A stretch of DNA of 64,000 nucleotides from Verrucomicrobiales bacterium. GTDB lineage: Bacteria; Verrucomicrobiota; Verrucomicrobiia; Limisphaerales; UBA9464. Shown in pieces: positions 1 to 9,152 of this stretch. Below the pieces are notes generated by a model. It had not been told where the DNA came from. It worked only from the letters and a program-made list of their open reading frames with translations, and searched no databases. The stretch covers positions 6,740-70,739 of the forward strand of contig JAIXZE010000083.1 of assembly GCA_027489875.1 (NCBI GenBank), in the 5' to 3' direction. The position numbers and the translations under genes were made by a program. Numbering within the stretch: the first letter of the stretch is position 1; every line of letters starts with the position of its first letter.

Positions 1-910
1 CTTCAACGCGATGCCGTTGTTCCACAGCTTCGGGCTCACGACGTGCACGCTGTTTCCGTTGGTTCAGGGCTTCTACGTCTTCCTGTATCCCTCGCCCCTG
101 CATTACCGGGTGATACCCGCGGTCGTCTACGAGAAGGCCTGCACGGTGGTCGTCGGGACCAACACCTTCCTCAATGGGTACGCGCGCAAGGCGCACCCGT
201 ACGATTTCAACTCGGTGAAATTTCTCGTCGCTGGTGCCGAGAAATTGCAGGAGGCCACCGCGAACACGTGGGCCCGGCAGTTCGGCGTCCGGATCCTCGA
301 AGGCTACGGGGCAACCGAGTGCAGCCCGGTGCTCTGTGCCAATTCACGGATCGAACCGCGGTTCGGATCGGTGGGACGCTTCCTGCCGGGGATCGAGTAT
401 CGGCTGGAACCGGTGGAAGGCATCGACGTGGGCGGACGGTTGCAGGTGCGCGGCGACAACATCATGCGCGGCTACCTCAACGCGGACTCGAACGCGAAGT
501 TCCAGGCGTTGGGCGGATGGTACGACACGGGGGATCTGGCGCGGGTCGATGAGGATGGGTTCGTGTTCCTCATGGGGCGACTGAAGCGGTTTGCCAAGGT
601 CAGCGGTGAGATGGTCTCGCTGACGGCGGTCGAGGATGCGTTCGCCGGGGCGTTTCCCCAGTTTGGCAATCGCTGCGAGATCGCCGTGGTGGCGGTGCCG
701 TGCGAGGACAAGGGGGAGAAATTGGTCGCGGTCACCACGGAGCCGCGCATCACCCTGAATGACCTTCGCGAGATCATCCGGCAGAAGGGACTCACGAACC
801 TGTCGGTACCTCGGGAGATCCGCACCGTACGCGAGATTCCCAAGCTCGGTACCGGGAAGACGAATCATCGGGAGTTGATGGCGCTGCTGGCGGAGCCACA
901 GAGTTCGTAG
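1..910 (+). CDS. AMP-dependent acyl-CoA/acyl-ACP synthetase family protein (Aas-like), C-terminal part; 5' end lies upstream of the window
   Basis: Frame is open from base 2. Translation PLFHSFG...EGYGATECSPV...WYDTGDL...GRLKRFAKVSGEMVSL...PKLGTGKTNHREL carries adenylate-forming enzyme core motifs. Confidence 0.8.
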   Translation, partial: FNAMPLFHSFGLTTCTLFPLVQGFYVFLYPSPLHYRVIPAVVYEKACTVVVGTNTFLNGYARKAHPYDFNSVKFLVAGAEKLQEATANTWARQFGVRILEGYGATECSPVLCANSRIEPRFGSVGRFLPGIEYRLEPVEGIDVGGRLQVRGDNIMRGYLNADSNAKFQALGGWYDTGDLARVDEDGFVFLMGRLKRFAKVSGEMVSLTAVEDAFAGAFPQFGNRCEIAVVAVPCEDKGEKLVAVTTEPRITLNDLREIIRQKGLTNLSVPREIRTVREIPKLGTGKTNHRELMALLAEPQSS

Positions 911-992
911 ATGGGGGCGGGGTTTGTGGGGTTTTCGGATCCACAGATTCCACCGAGGGCACAGATTGTCATGGGGTGGTTTCCCTGCTGAA

Positions 993-1059
993 CGGGGTGG
1001 CGACGTCCTCGTCGCCCTGCGAATGGCTCCATGACGGCGACGAGGACGTCGCCTCCCCG
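993..1059. repeat. Palindromic REP-like element, copy 1 (23-nt arms, 19-nt loop) in the convergent aas / DUF1287 intergenic region
   Basis: Left arm 994-1016 ggggtggcgacgtcctcgtcgcc; right arm 1036-1058 ggcgacgaggacgtcgcctcccc (22/23 complementary); loop ctgcgaatggctccatgac. Near-identical element at 61442-61508. Confidence 0.8.
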
Positions 1060-1098
1060 AACCATGTGTAAAGGACGCCGATTCGAGAGGCGCAACCC

Positions 1099-1710
1099 TC
1101 AAGGCGAGCGCCGGGGCTGAGGGGGAGGAGGAACCCGGTACTGGCCGGTGATGCGGAAGTCGGCGAGGCGATCCTCCTCCTGGGTGCCCTTGCCGATGTT
1201 GTGGAGGACGAGCCTGCGGCCTGCGTCCGAGGATTTGTCGCTCACGATCATGATGTGGGGAAGGTTCGGCGGGACGATGCAGGTCACGAGGTCGCCGGCC
1301 TGGAAGGTCCGGACACCGTCCTTGGCTTCGATCTCCCATCCGCTGCGTTTGAAGTAGGTCTGCAGGTTGGGAACGCGGCGATGGTCGATGTTGGGGTCCG
1401 GCTTCTTCAGGCCCCAGTTCTTCGGGTACTGGGCGAAGTTCTGTTTCATGTCCTCATGCACGCGCTGTTGCAGGTCGATTCCAGGACCGGAGCGCAGGGC
1501 TCGGATCACAACGTCCGTGCAGACGCCGGATTCGAGGGGGACGTCGCCGTTGGGGTAATCGAGCTTCCGGTAGGCGGGGTCGTAGCGGACGGTCTTGCCG
1601 ATCTGTGCGCGGGCGGCGGTGACGAGGTTGGTGGACTCCAGGACAGGGCCGGCGCCGAGGCAGAGGGCGGTGAGGAGGAGCACGGAGCCGATCTGGAAGA
1701 GGGGTTTCAT
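1099..1710 (-). CDS. DUF1287 domain-containing secreted protein
   Basis: ATG at 1710 and an N-terminal signal peptide (MKPLFQIGSVLLLTALCLGA). YDPAYRKLDYPNGDVP...GVCTDVVIRALR...DHRRVPNL...GDLV pattern is typical of DUF1287. Confidence 0.85.
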   Translation of the reverse strand: MKPLFQIGSVLLLTALCLGAGPVLESTNLVTAARAQIGKTVRYDPAYRKLDYPNGDVPLESGVCTDVVIRALRSGPGIDLQQRVHEDMKQNFAQYPKNWGLKKPDPNIDHRRVPNLQTYFKRSGWEIEAKDGVRTFQAGDLVTCIVPPNLPHIMIVSDKSSDAGRRLVLHNIGKGTQEEDRLADFRITGQYRVPPPPQPRRSP

Positions 1711-1759
1711 GGGGACTGCATCACGCTGTGCACCTTTGGAGACGGCGGGTAGCTCCGCT

Positions 1760-2404
1760 TCATTCTCTCGATTTCGTCGGGGAAGGCTCGGTTCCCGTAG
1801 GGGCGTTTGATGGTTCAGGAAGCTCCGAGGCTGCCTTGTGGAGTTCTTCGAGCTGTTGAACGCGAACCTCCGGGCGAAACGAAGAGTTGGTCCTAATTCG
1901 AGCCGCGAAGTCCTCCAGCCTTTGCCGCCTTGAGATGAGGGAACTGTTCAAATGCGACTGGGCCGTCTTCGGAAGCAATCGATTGCACTCATCCAGAATG
2001 CCGCTTAGGGAGGGAACGTATCGGTTTTCGATCTTGATCTCCTTGTTCGTCCCGCCAGATGCGAAACGGAACATGACGTGGATCCCATCCCACATCCCGG
2101 GTTCTTCGTAACGATCCCCCAAGGCTCCAATGGAGGGATTGCGCGCGGCTGCGAGCAATCCGGTTGAGGCAGGAACCACCGCGATGGTCTTGCCGTTGCG
2201 GGTGACGCGGAGTTGGTCGTGGACCACCGCATAATGCGTCTCAGTGCAGCCTGGCAACAGCGTCTCAGTGAACGTCAGTTCAGGTCGGGGTCGAAGGATG
2301 AAGGCGCATGTGCCTGCCGCAGCGATCAGCAGGATGACGATGACGGGGACCCAGCCTCCGAATCGCTTTGGTCCAGTGAGCGATTGGGTTGGAGTCTGGT
2401 TCAT
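1760..2404 (-). CDS. hypothetical protein with one N-terminal transmembrane anchor
   Basis: 214-aa ORF with ATG at 2404 and TM helix WVPVIVILLIAAAGTCAFIL. Same strand as and tightly packed with its neighbours. No family recognised. Confidence 0.55.
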   Translation of the reverse strand: MNQTPTQSLTGPKRFGGWVPVIVILLIAAAGTCAFILRPRPELTFTETLLPGCTETHYAVVHDQLRVTRNGKTIAVVPASTGLLAAARNPSIGALGDRYEEPGMWDGIHVMFRFASGGTNKEIKIENRYVPSLSGILDECNRLLPKTAQSHLNSSLISRRQRLEDFAARIRTNSSFRPEVRVQQLEELHKAASELPEPSNAPTGTEPSPTKSRE

Positions 2405-2428
2405 CGCGTTGGAGCCAGTTGGGGTTCC

Positions 2429-5400
2429 TCAATGATTGAACAGGAACTCCGGCGAATTCAGTAGCGACCAGAGCACGTCTTCGACGGCGGTGGCGCGTTT
2501 TGCCTCGGTGGCGCGGAAGGGCGCGGTGGCGTCCTGGACTTCGTCGGGGAGGGGCGGACGTCCGTACGTGGCGAGGTAGAGTTCGGCGACGATGGCCTCG
2601 GGGGTGAGGTTGGAGTCGGCGAGCTTCCGGGCGCGTCCCTCGGCGCTACTGATCCGCTTCTGCAGGCGCGGCGAATTCATCAGGTGGAGCGATTGCACGA
2701 CGCTCAGGCGGAGGTCGCGTTCGCAGGGGCAATCGGACGAAGCGTTGGGGCGGCCGAAGGCGTCGAGGAAATGGGAGTCGATCTTGTAGGACCACGTCTG
2801 CGTGGCGCGGGAGCCGGGAGGCGTCGCAACGAAGGTGTCGGGCGAACCGGTGATGTCGGAGACGGCGTCGTCGAGGACTTCGGCGGGAAGGCGGCGGCGG
2901 TATCCGCGGGAGAAGTGGCGGGTGTCGCCGAGGTTGGTTTCGTTGGGACGCGTGGAGAGTTGGTAGAGCCGGGAGTTGAACAGCGTTCGCAGGAGGTGCT
3001 TCAGGTCGTAGCCGTGCGCGACGAAATCAGCGGCCAGCGCGTCGAGGAGTTCAGGGTGGACGCAGGGATTCGAGAGCCGGAAGTCGTCGACGGGTTCGAC
3101 GAGGCCGCGGCCGAAGCAGAAGGCCCAGACGCGATTGACGAGGGCGCGGGCCAGAAATGGATTGTTGGTGGCGGTCGCCCAGTCGGCGAGGGCGAGGCGC
3201 GGGTCCACGTCGCCCGCGGTGAGCAGGGGACCGTCGGGAGCGCGCGGGGGCATGACCTCCCCGGTGACGGGGTGCTTCACGGTGCCGCCCTTGGCGAAAT
3301 AGAAGGATTCGCGTCCGGCGGAGATCGGCGGCGAAAGACCCGCACCCTTCTGTCGGACAGAGCCGAAGCAGGCGGCGAGTTGGTAGAAGTCTTCCTGGCT
3401 CCACTTTTCATTCGGATGATGGTGGCAGCGGGCGCACTCGAGTCGGACGCCGAGCAGGACCTGGGAGAACAGGGTGGTGAGTTCGGGTGGTTCGCGGCGG
3501 TCGCGGTAAACGACGGCCGGGCCGTTGCGGTGGTTGGCACCTTCGGCGGTGAGGAGGTCGCGGACGAACGCGTCGTAGGGGCGGTTCAGGCGGAATTGCT
3601 CGCGGATCCACTGGTCGAGGACGAAGACCGACTTCACACCCACGCGGTCGGAGTTGGGACGGAGCAGGTCGGCCCAGCGGCCCGCCCAGAAATCGGCGTA
3701 CGCGGGGTCTTCGAGGAAGCGGTTGATGACGGTGCGCCGCTTGTCCGGCGAGGAATCATTGAGGAAGGCGGTGACCTCGGCGGGCGTCGGGAGCGTGCCG
3801 ATCGCATCGAGCTTCACGCGACGCAGGAATTCGGCGTCGGTGCAGGTCTCGGAGGGGAGAAGCCCGAGGCGTTGGAACCGGGCGTGGGCGATGGGGTCGA
3901 TGAAGTTGTTGGTGGGAAGCTGGGCGTAACGTTCCGGCGGCAGCAGGCGCTCGGCAGGGACGAGCACGCGCGTCGCGGCGACCTGTCCCATGTAGCGAGC
4001 GACGATGACCGCGGTGCCGGGATGCTTGCCGGCGGTGAACCGGCCGTGTTCGTCGACGGCGGCGAGTTCGCGATCACTGGATTCAAAGGCCGCCAGGCGG
4101 GTCACGTCGCGGATCGAACCGTCGGAGTAACGGGCACGGACGAGCAGGCGATGGGAGGAGTCGGACGGGGCGGTCCGTTCGGTGGGGAACACCTCGACCG
4201 TGGCCAACGTGGGTTCGTTGGTGAGAGCGTACGGGGCCCCATCCCGGATCCAGCGGAGCAGGGTGGTGTGGGCGGTGGAGCCTTCGTCGATGCGGCGGCC
4301 ACCTTCGTGCGGGATGCCGAGCAGGGGCTTCTGGAGGAGCAGGGATTGTTCGGGGGCCGCAGGGAAGAGTCGACGACCCCGCACGTCGGCGACGATCTCG
4401 GCGTGATCGGATTTCGGGTCGTAGGAGAAGACCGAGAGCTTGAAGCCGTTCTGGCCTTCCGGCTTCGAGTGGCATCCGCCAGAGGCGCAACCGGCGCGGG
4501 CGAGTTGCGGGAGGACATCCCGGGTGAACGAAACGGGTTCGAGGGGCCAGGGTTCCTTCGGATTCTTGCCGGCACCTTGAACGACGACGGGCAAGGGGAC
4601 GGTGAGCTTGCCAAAGGACAGCGTCACCGTGTTCGAACCACTGCCGCGGTGGGCGATGAGTTCGCCGGGAGCGGAAGCCTCGAACGGGGCCTTCGACGGA
4701 ATGCGGGCCTTCGCGAAATCCGTCAGGTCGTATTCGCGTCCGTCCTGGCTGATTCCGGTGACGCGGTAACCAAGCGTCGGGGCATCGGCGGAGAGGGCGA
4801 GGTGCTCGGGGTAAACCGAGAGGCGCGCAAAGCGTTCGGGAGCAAGGGTTTGGGTAGACTTGCCCTTGCTGGGTTCCTTGGACTTGGGCGGCGCGGGCGG
4901 AGTCGGTTTGCCGGGAACGGAGGCGAGCCGTTGCGAAGGGCTTTCGGTGGTGGCAGACAGCGGGGCGAGGCGCGCGATTTCGCGGCCGTCGCGGTTCCAC
5001 ACCACGACGAGACCCTGCTGGGTGCCGGCGGCGACGTGTTGGCGGTCGTTGCGGACGGCGAAGCTCTGGAGGTGACCAGGGATCGAGGCAATGCGGCGTT
5101 CGTCGCCGGAAGCCGAGCTTTGTTCGCCGGTGTGGGTCTTGAGGTTTTCGTACCGGAGGAGGGCTCCGTCCTCGGTCGCGGCGAAGACCTCGCGGCTGTC
5201 GTCCGGCCAGGCCGTGACGTTCACGGCGTGGGCGTGGTTGCCGAGCGTCACCAGTTTTTCGCGGGTGGCGATGTCCCAGACAAAGAGTTGCTTGTCCGCA
5301 CCGCCGGAAACGACCTGGGTGGCGTTGGTGTTGAACGCCGCAGAAAGCACCTGCGCTGTGTGGCCTTCGAGGGTGGCCACCGGCTTGGCGTCGGGAAGCG

Positions 5401-6361
5401 ACCAGACGCGCACAAGTCGGTCCGCGCCTGCGGTCACCATTCGGGACGCGTCGGCGCTGTACTGGAGGCCCAGGACGGAATCGCCGTGCGCACGCCAGGA
5501 CCGGATCCAGCGACGCGAGGCCAGGTCGAGCAGGCGGACCTGCGCGGAGAGGCCGGGGGTGGCGTCGCCGGCGGCGAGTTGGCTGGAGTCGGGGGAAAAA
5601 GCGAGGGCGGTCAACCGGCCGGAGATGCCGTTGGTGAGGTCGGCGGCGGGCGTGAGGTCGGGGAGGTTCCAGAGTCGCACGCGGCGGAATCCGGCCGTGG
5701 CGAGGAATCGGCCGTCCGGACTGATGGCGAGGGCTTCGATGCCTTCGGGATGGGCGAGGACTGGGGGAGGGATCGGCGGCGTGTTGGTGTGCAGGGCCAG
5801 CAGGTGAAGCGATGGGCCGCGCGCGATGGCGAGGAAGTTGGTGCCGGGGACAAAGGCGAGGGATTGGACCGGTTGGTGACCGGGCGGAAGGGTTTCGAAG
5901 GTGACCTTCGCAATGGGACCGGAGGCTTCGTCGAGGGCGGAGTCATCCCAGGGCATCTGTTCGCGGACCCAGTTTTCGAGGGCGCGGATGTGGGCGGCGG
6001 GAAGCTGCTTCTTCGGCGGCATGTGGGGATCGCCATCCTTGCGGAGGAGATCGATCAGCCGAGACTGGGCAGGCTGGCCGGGAGCGGCGACGGTGCCGTT
6101 GCCGCCACCCTTGAGGATAGCCTCCCGGGAAGTGAGGACGAGTCCGCCCTTGGCCTTGTCCTCGCGATGGCAGGGGAAGCATTCGGTCGCGAGGATCTGG
6201 AGTGGGTGGGGCGTCGCCGGCGCAGCGTGGGCAGCGAAAGGGAGAAGGAGAAGGCAAACGACCAACCATCGCCTCCTGATGTCGTCGGCTACGGCGGCCG
6301 GGGACGGGGAGGCGCCCGCTCCGTTGGGGCGGGAGGTTCCGTTTTGGCGGAGCGGGCGCAT
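2429..6361 (-). CDS. giant secreted protein: planctomycete cytochrome c (PSCyt1) + WD40 beta-propeller + Big_2-like + DUF1549 (PSCyt2) + DUF1553 (PSD1)
   Basis: CFPCHREDKAKGGL heme-like motif, multiple WD40 repeats, second C..GGCH motif, NNFIDP...LLPS...FLRR (DUF1549) and CARCHHHPNEKWSQEDFY (DUF1553). Start moved to ATG 6361 (MRPL...), just after the upstream gene's stop at 6376 and before the signal peptide. Confidence 0.9.
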   Translation of the reverse strand: MRPLRQNGTSRPNGAGASPSPAAVADDIRRRWLVVCLLLLPFAAHAAPATPHPLQILATECFPCHREDKAKGGLVLTSREAILKGGGNGTVAAPGQPAQSRLIDLLRKDGDPHMPPKKQLPAAHIRALENWVREQMPWDDSALDEASGPIAKVTFETLPPGHQPVQSLAFVPGTNFLAIARGPSLHLLALHTNTPPIPPPVLAHPEGIEALAISPDGRFLATAGFRRVRLWNLPDLTPAADLTNGISGRLTALAFSPDSSQLAAGDATPGLSAQVRLLDLASRRWIRSWRAHGDSVLGLQYSADASRMVTAGADRLVRVWSLPDAKPVATLEGHTAQVLSAAFNTNATQVVSGGADKQLFVWDIATREKLVTLGNHAHAVNVTAWPDDSREVFAATEDGALLRYENLKTHTGEQSSASGDERRIASIPGHLQSFAVRNDRQHVAAGTQQGLVVVWNRDGREIARLAPLSATTESPSQRLASVPGKPTPPAPPKSKEPSKGKSTQTLAPERFARLSVYPEHLALSADAPTLGYRVTGISQDGREYDLTDFAKARIPSKAPFEASAPGELIAHRGSGSNTVTLSFGKLTVPLPVVVQGAGKNPKEPWPLEPVSFTRDVLPQLARAGCASGGCHSKPEGQNGFKLSVFSYDPKSDHAEIVADVRGRRLFPAAPEQSLLLQKPLLGIPHEGGRRIDEGSTAHTTLLRWIRDGAPYALTNEPTLATVEVFPTERTAPSDSSHRLLVRARYSDGSIRDVTRLAAFESSDRELAAVDEHGRFTAGKHPGTAVIVARYMGQVAATRVLVPAERLLPPERYAQLPTNNFIDPIAHARFQRLGLLPSETCTDAEFLRRVKLDAIGTLPTPAEVTAFLNDSSPDKRRTVINRFLEDPAYADFWAGRWADLLRPNSDRVGVKSVFVLDQWIREQFRLNRPYDAFVRDLLTAEGANHRNGPAVVYRDRREPPELTTLFSQVLLGVRLECARCHHHPNEKWSQEDFYQLAACFGSVRQKGAGLSPPISAGRESFYFAKGGTVKHPVTGEVMPPRAPDGPLLTAGDVDPRLALADWATATNNPFLARALVNRVWAFCFGRGLVEPVDDFRLSNPCVHPELLDALAADFVAHGYDLKHLLRTLFNSRLYQLSTRPNETNLGDTRHFSRGYRRRLPAEVLDDAVSDITGSPDTFVATPPGSRATQTWSYKIDSHFLDAFGRPNASSDCPCERDLRLSVVQSLHLMNSPRLQKRISSAEGRARKLADSNLTPEAIVAELYLATYGRPPLPDEVQDATAPFRATEAKRATAVEDVLWSLLNSPEFLFNH

Positions 6362-6375
6362 CGGCGGCCTTGGGT

Positions 6376-7707
6376 TCAGAGTCCCTTGGTTTCCCAACCC
6401 TTGCGGTAGGCGCGGCGGACGTGCTGGTTGGCCTCGGCGACGTTGGTGAACTTGAGCTTCGCGCTGTTCCATTCCAGCAGTTGGTTCGGGAAGCGCGTGG
6501 CGACCGAACCCAGCAGGACGCTCTCGGTCAGCGGACCGGAGTAATCGAACCCGGCTGAGGTCTTTCCGGTTCCACCCACGGCGTCGATGAACTCATGCCA
6601 GTGATTGGCGGAGCCGACGTCCGGGTACTTGAACCCGTCGTACTTCTGGGCCGGCAGCAGGATGGGGCGTCCGACATGAGGCACGACCATCACGCCTTGG
6701 GTGCCGATGATGATGGAACCCTGATCAGGGAGCCCCACCTTGCCGAGAAGGCTGACGACATCCGCGGGTGGGCGCTTCCGTCCGTCGTACCAGGTAACCG
6801 GTACCGTGCCGGGAATCGTGAAGGGCGTGGCCGGGTAGATATACTCAATGATGGCATTGGTGGCCCAGGAATGGTTGCTCGGGGCGGCCCCGAGGGACTT
6901 CACCGAGATGGGTGCGGTCAGACCCAGGGCGCTGAACACGGGATCGAAGATGTGGCATCCCATGTCGCCAAATGTCCCAGTGCCGAAATCAAGCCGCCGA
7001 CGCCAGTTGCCGGGATGATACCAGCCCTGCCCGATGAAGGGGCGATCAGCGCAGACGCCGAGCCACAGGTTCCAGTCGAGGCCGGTGGGCAAGGGGTCCT
7101 TGCGGTCGGGCATCGCGCCGTTGTCGCCCCATTCCTTGGAACTCCACGTGTGGACTTCACGGACCTTGCCGATGACGCCGTCCTGCACGAGACGGGTGGC
7201 GAGGCGGTACTCGGTGGCAGAATGGATCTGGATGCCCATCTGGGTGACGAGCTTCTTCTGCTTCGCCACCTCGGTGAGGCGTCGGCATTCGTACAGGTCG
7301 TGGGTCAGCGGCTTCTGTCCATACACGTGGATGCCACGCTGCATGGCGGCCATGCCCTGCGGGGCATGCATGTGGTCCGGCGTGGAGACGTTGACCGAGT
7401 CGAGCTTCTCCTTGTCCAGCAGTTGACGGTAGTCCGCGTAGACCTTGGCATCGGGGAACTTCTTCCGGAATTCGCCGGTCCGCGTGGAGTCGACATCCGC
7501 GACCGCGACGATGCGCACGGACTTGTGGGAAGCGATCTCGTTGAGGTCGGCCCAGGCCATGCCCCCAGCGCCGAAGCTGGCATGGAGGACCTGGGAAGAG
7601 GGGGGACGCGCGATCAGGTCGCGCATGATGAACGGCGTGGCAAAGGCCGCCCCGGCGGTTGCGCGCAGGAAGCGTCTTCGCGACGTCTGCAAGGGAAGGG
7701 GATTCAT
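6376..7707 (-). CDS. Gfo/Idh/MocA family oxidoreductase with twin-arginine (Tat) signal
   Basis: Start chosen at ATG 7707 giving MNPLPLQTSRRRFLRATAGAAFA (Tat motif). Rossmann segment VRIVAVADVD and the EKPL-like motif GQKPLTH are present. Confidence 0.9.
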   Translation of the reverse strand: MNPLPLQTSRRRFLRATAGAAFATPFIMRDLIARPPSSQVLHASFGAGGMAWADLNEIASHKSVRIVAVADVDSTRTGEFRKKFPDAKVYADYRQLLDKEKLDSVNVSTPDHMHAPQGMAAMQRGIHVYGQKPLTHDLYECRRLTEVAKQKKLVTQMGIQIHSATEYRLATRLVQDGVIGKVREVHTWSSKEWGDNGAMPDRKDPLPTGLDWNLWLGVCADRPFIGQGWYHPGNWRRRLDFGTGTFGDMGCHIFDPVFSALGLTAPISVKSLGAAPSNHSWATNAIIEYIYPATPFTIPGTVPVTWYDGRKRPPADVVSLLGKVGLPDQGSIIIGTQGVMVVPHVGRPILLPAQKYDGFKYPDVGSANHWHEFIDAVGGTGKTSAGFDYSGPLTESVLLGSVATRFPNQLLEWNSAKLKFTNVAEANQHVRRAYRKGWETKGL

Positions 7708-7995
7708 GATGTTGGCCCAGTGTCTGTGGGGACGCGGGAATGCGGAAGCCGAAAAACCCTTCCCGTTGGGAAGAAGGCTCGGAACGGCCGGTCGGGATCG
7801 CTCGGAAAGGGGATGGGGCGGGCCGCAGGAGGATTTCGTGGTGAAACCCATGTTCGCCCTTGCCAATGGACGGTCTTTGGTCGAACACAAGGAACGTGTC
7901 TGCCGTCAGGGCAGCACAGCTAACATCGCCGGCATGAATCGCGCCGCCTCCAGTTCAGGCCCATTCCGGTGGTGATAACGGGCACCAACCTTGCG

Positions 7996-8718
7996 ATGAA
8001 TTTTCCGTTGGGACTGCTGGCTTCGGCCGGCTCGCAGAAGCTTTCCCTTTTCCAGATCTGGCAATTGGCGACTGCGGAAGCGCAGATCATCATCATCGTC
8101 CTCGCGGTCTTCTCGATCTTTGCGTGGTCGACGATGGCCGCGAAGGCCCTCCAGATGCGGCGGGCCAAGAAGCTGAACCACCACTTCGAGATCGAGTTCC
8201 GCCGTCAGAAGGCCGTGCTCGAGATCTTCGAACGGAAGCTGGGCGTGGAAGGGTGCCCGTTGTTCTCGGTTTACGAGGATGGCTGCTCCGAGTTGGACAT
8301 CCGTACCAAGAATCCTGACGGCACCCGCAAATCCGAGATCAGCATCAAATCCATGGAGCACATCAAGCGCTCCATGGAAGGCGCGGTGGCGCGCGAGGCG
8401 TTGAAGCTGGAATCCGGGCTGATCCTTCTGGCGATTGCGGTTTCAGGCGGCCCGTTCCTCGGATTGCTTGGAACCGTCTGGGGTGTGATGGACACCTTCG
8501 GCGGCGTCGCGGTGAAACAGAAGGCAGACCTTGCGGCGATGGCACCGGGTGTTTCGGCTGCGTTGATCACGACCGTGGCGGGCCTGCTGGTCGCGATCCC
8601 ATCGATGTTCGGCTACAACTGGCTGGTCCACACGATGCGGGTGCTGACGGTGGAGTTGGACAATTTCGCGCAAAGCCTGGCTTCGCGCATGGAAACTGAA
8701 TTTCTTCGGGACGAATGA
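7996..8718 (+). CDS. tolQ: MotA/TolQ/ExbB proton-channel protein (TolQ by context)
   Basis: Three TM segments and the conserved C-terminal GPFLGLLGTVWGVM...APGVSAALITTVAGLLVAIP. First ATG at 7996 (the ORF-track start at 7969 is GTG). Followed by tolR/tolA/tolB/pal. Confidence 0.85.
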   Translation: MNFPLGLLASAGSQKLSLFQIWQLATAEAQIIIIVLAVFSIFAWSTMAAKALQMRRAKKLNHHFEIEFRRQKAVLEIFERKLGVEGCPLFSVYEDGCSELDIRTKNPDGTRKSEISIKSMEHIKRSMEGAVAREALKLESGLILLAIAVSGGPFLGLLGTVWGVMDTFGGVAVKQKADLAAMAPGVSAALITTVAGLLVAIPSMFGYNWLVHTMRVLTVELDNFAQSLASRMETEFLRDE

Positions 8719-9125
8719 GCGGGCGAGAGTCAGACGAGGCACCATCGGGTGCGGAGAACGGACGGGCTTCAGCGGCAGAACCGGCGGGACGGTCCGGTGA
8801 TGCCGCCCGGAAGACGGTGCGCGGTGTCCTCTGCGTGAAGTGCGAGCACCTCAACGCTGTGAATCTGGAGGAATGCGAATTCTGCGGTTCGCACCTCTGG
8901 GTCAAATGCCATGAGTGCGACGCCAAGAACCGCCGGGTCAACGTCCGCTGCGACGCCTGCAACCGCCGGCTGCACAAGGGACGTTCTTCCTCGTCCAGTT
9001 CCAAGCGGGGAACCGCCGGTTTCAATTGGTGGGTGATCGGGATGGTCCTGGGTGGGATCATCGTCATGATCATCCTGATGTTCGTCCTTTCGGGAGGCTC
9101 GGCCAATCTTCCGCGACTTTGGTGA
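8715..9125 (+). CDS. tail-anchored double zinc-ribbon protein (four CxxC pairs, C-terminal TM helix)
   Basis: ATG 8715 overlaps the tolQ stop (ATGA). CVKC-x10-CEFC and CHEC-x10-CDAC motifs, with TM helix WWVIGMVLGGIIVMIILMFVL at the C-terminus. Confidence 0.7.
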   Translation: MSGRESDEAPSGAENGRASAAEPAGRSGDAARKTVRGVLCVKCEHLNAVNLEECEFCGSHLWVKCHECDAKNRRVNVRCDACNRRLHKGRSSSSSSKRGTAGFNWWVIGMVLGGIIVMIILMFVLSGGSANLPRLW

Positions 9126-9152
9126 GTGGGTGATGGGGCGCATGGAGACACA

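Noticed and set aside
2684-6409. Very long ORFs antisense to real genes: 2684-6409(+), 10540-12117(-), 15850-16842(+), 25835-26911(+), 33231-34454(-), 44581-45438(-), 55915-57228(-).
   Set aside because: Each lies opposite a gene with clear family motifs. Their translations are low-complexity G/A/R/E/V/P-rich with no recognisable domains. This is the expected stop-codon depletion on the antisense strand of GC-rich coding DNA.
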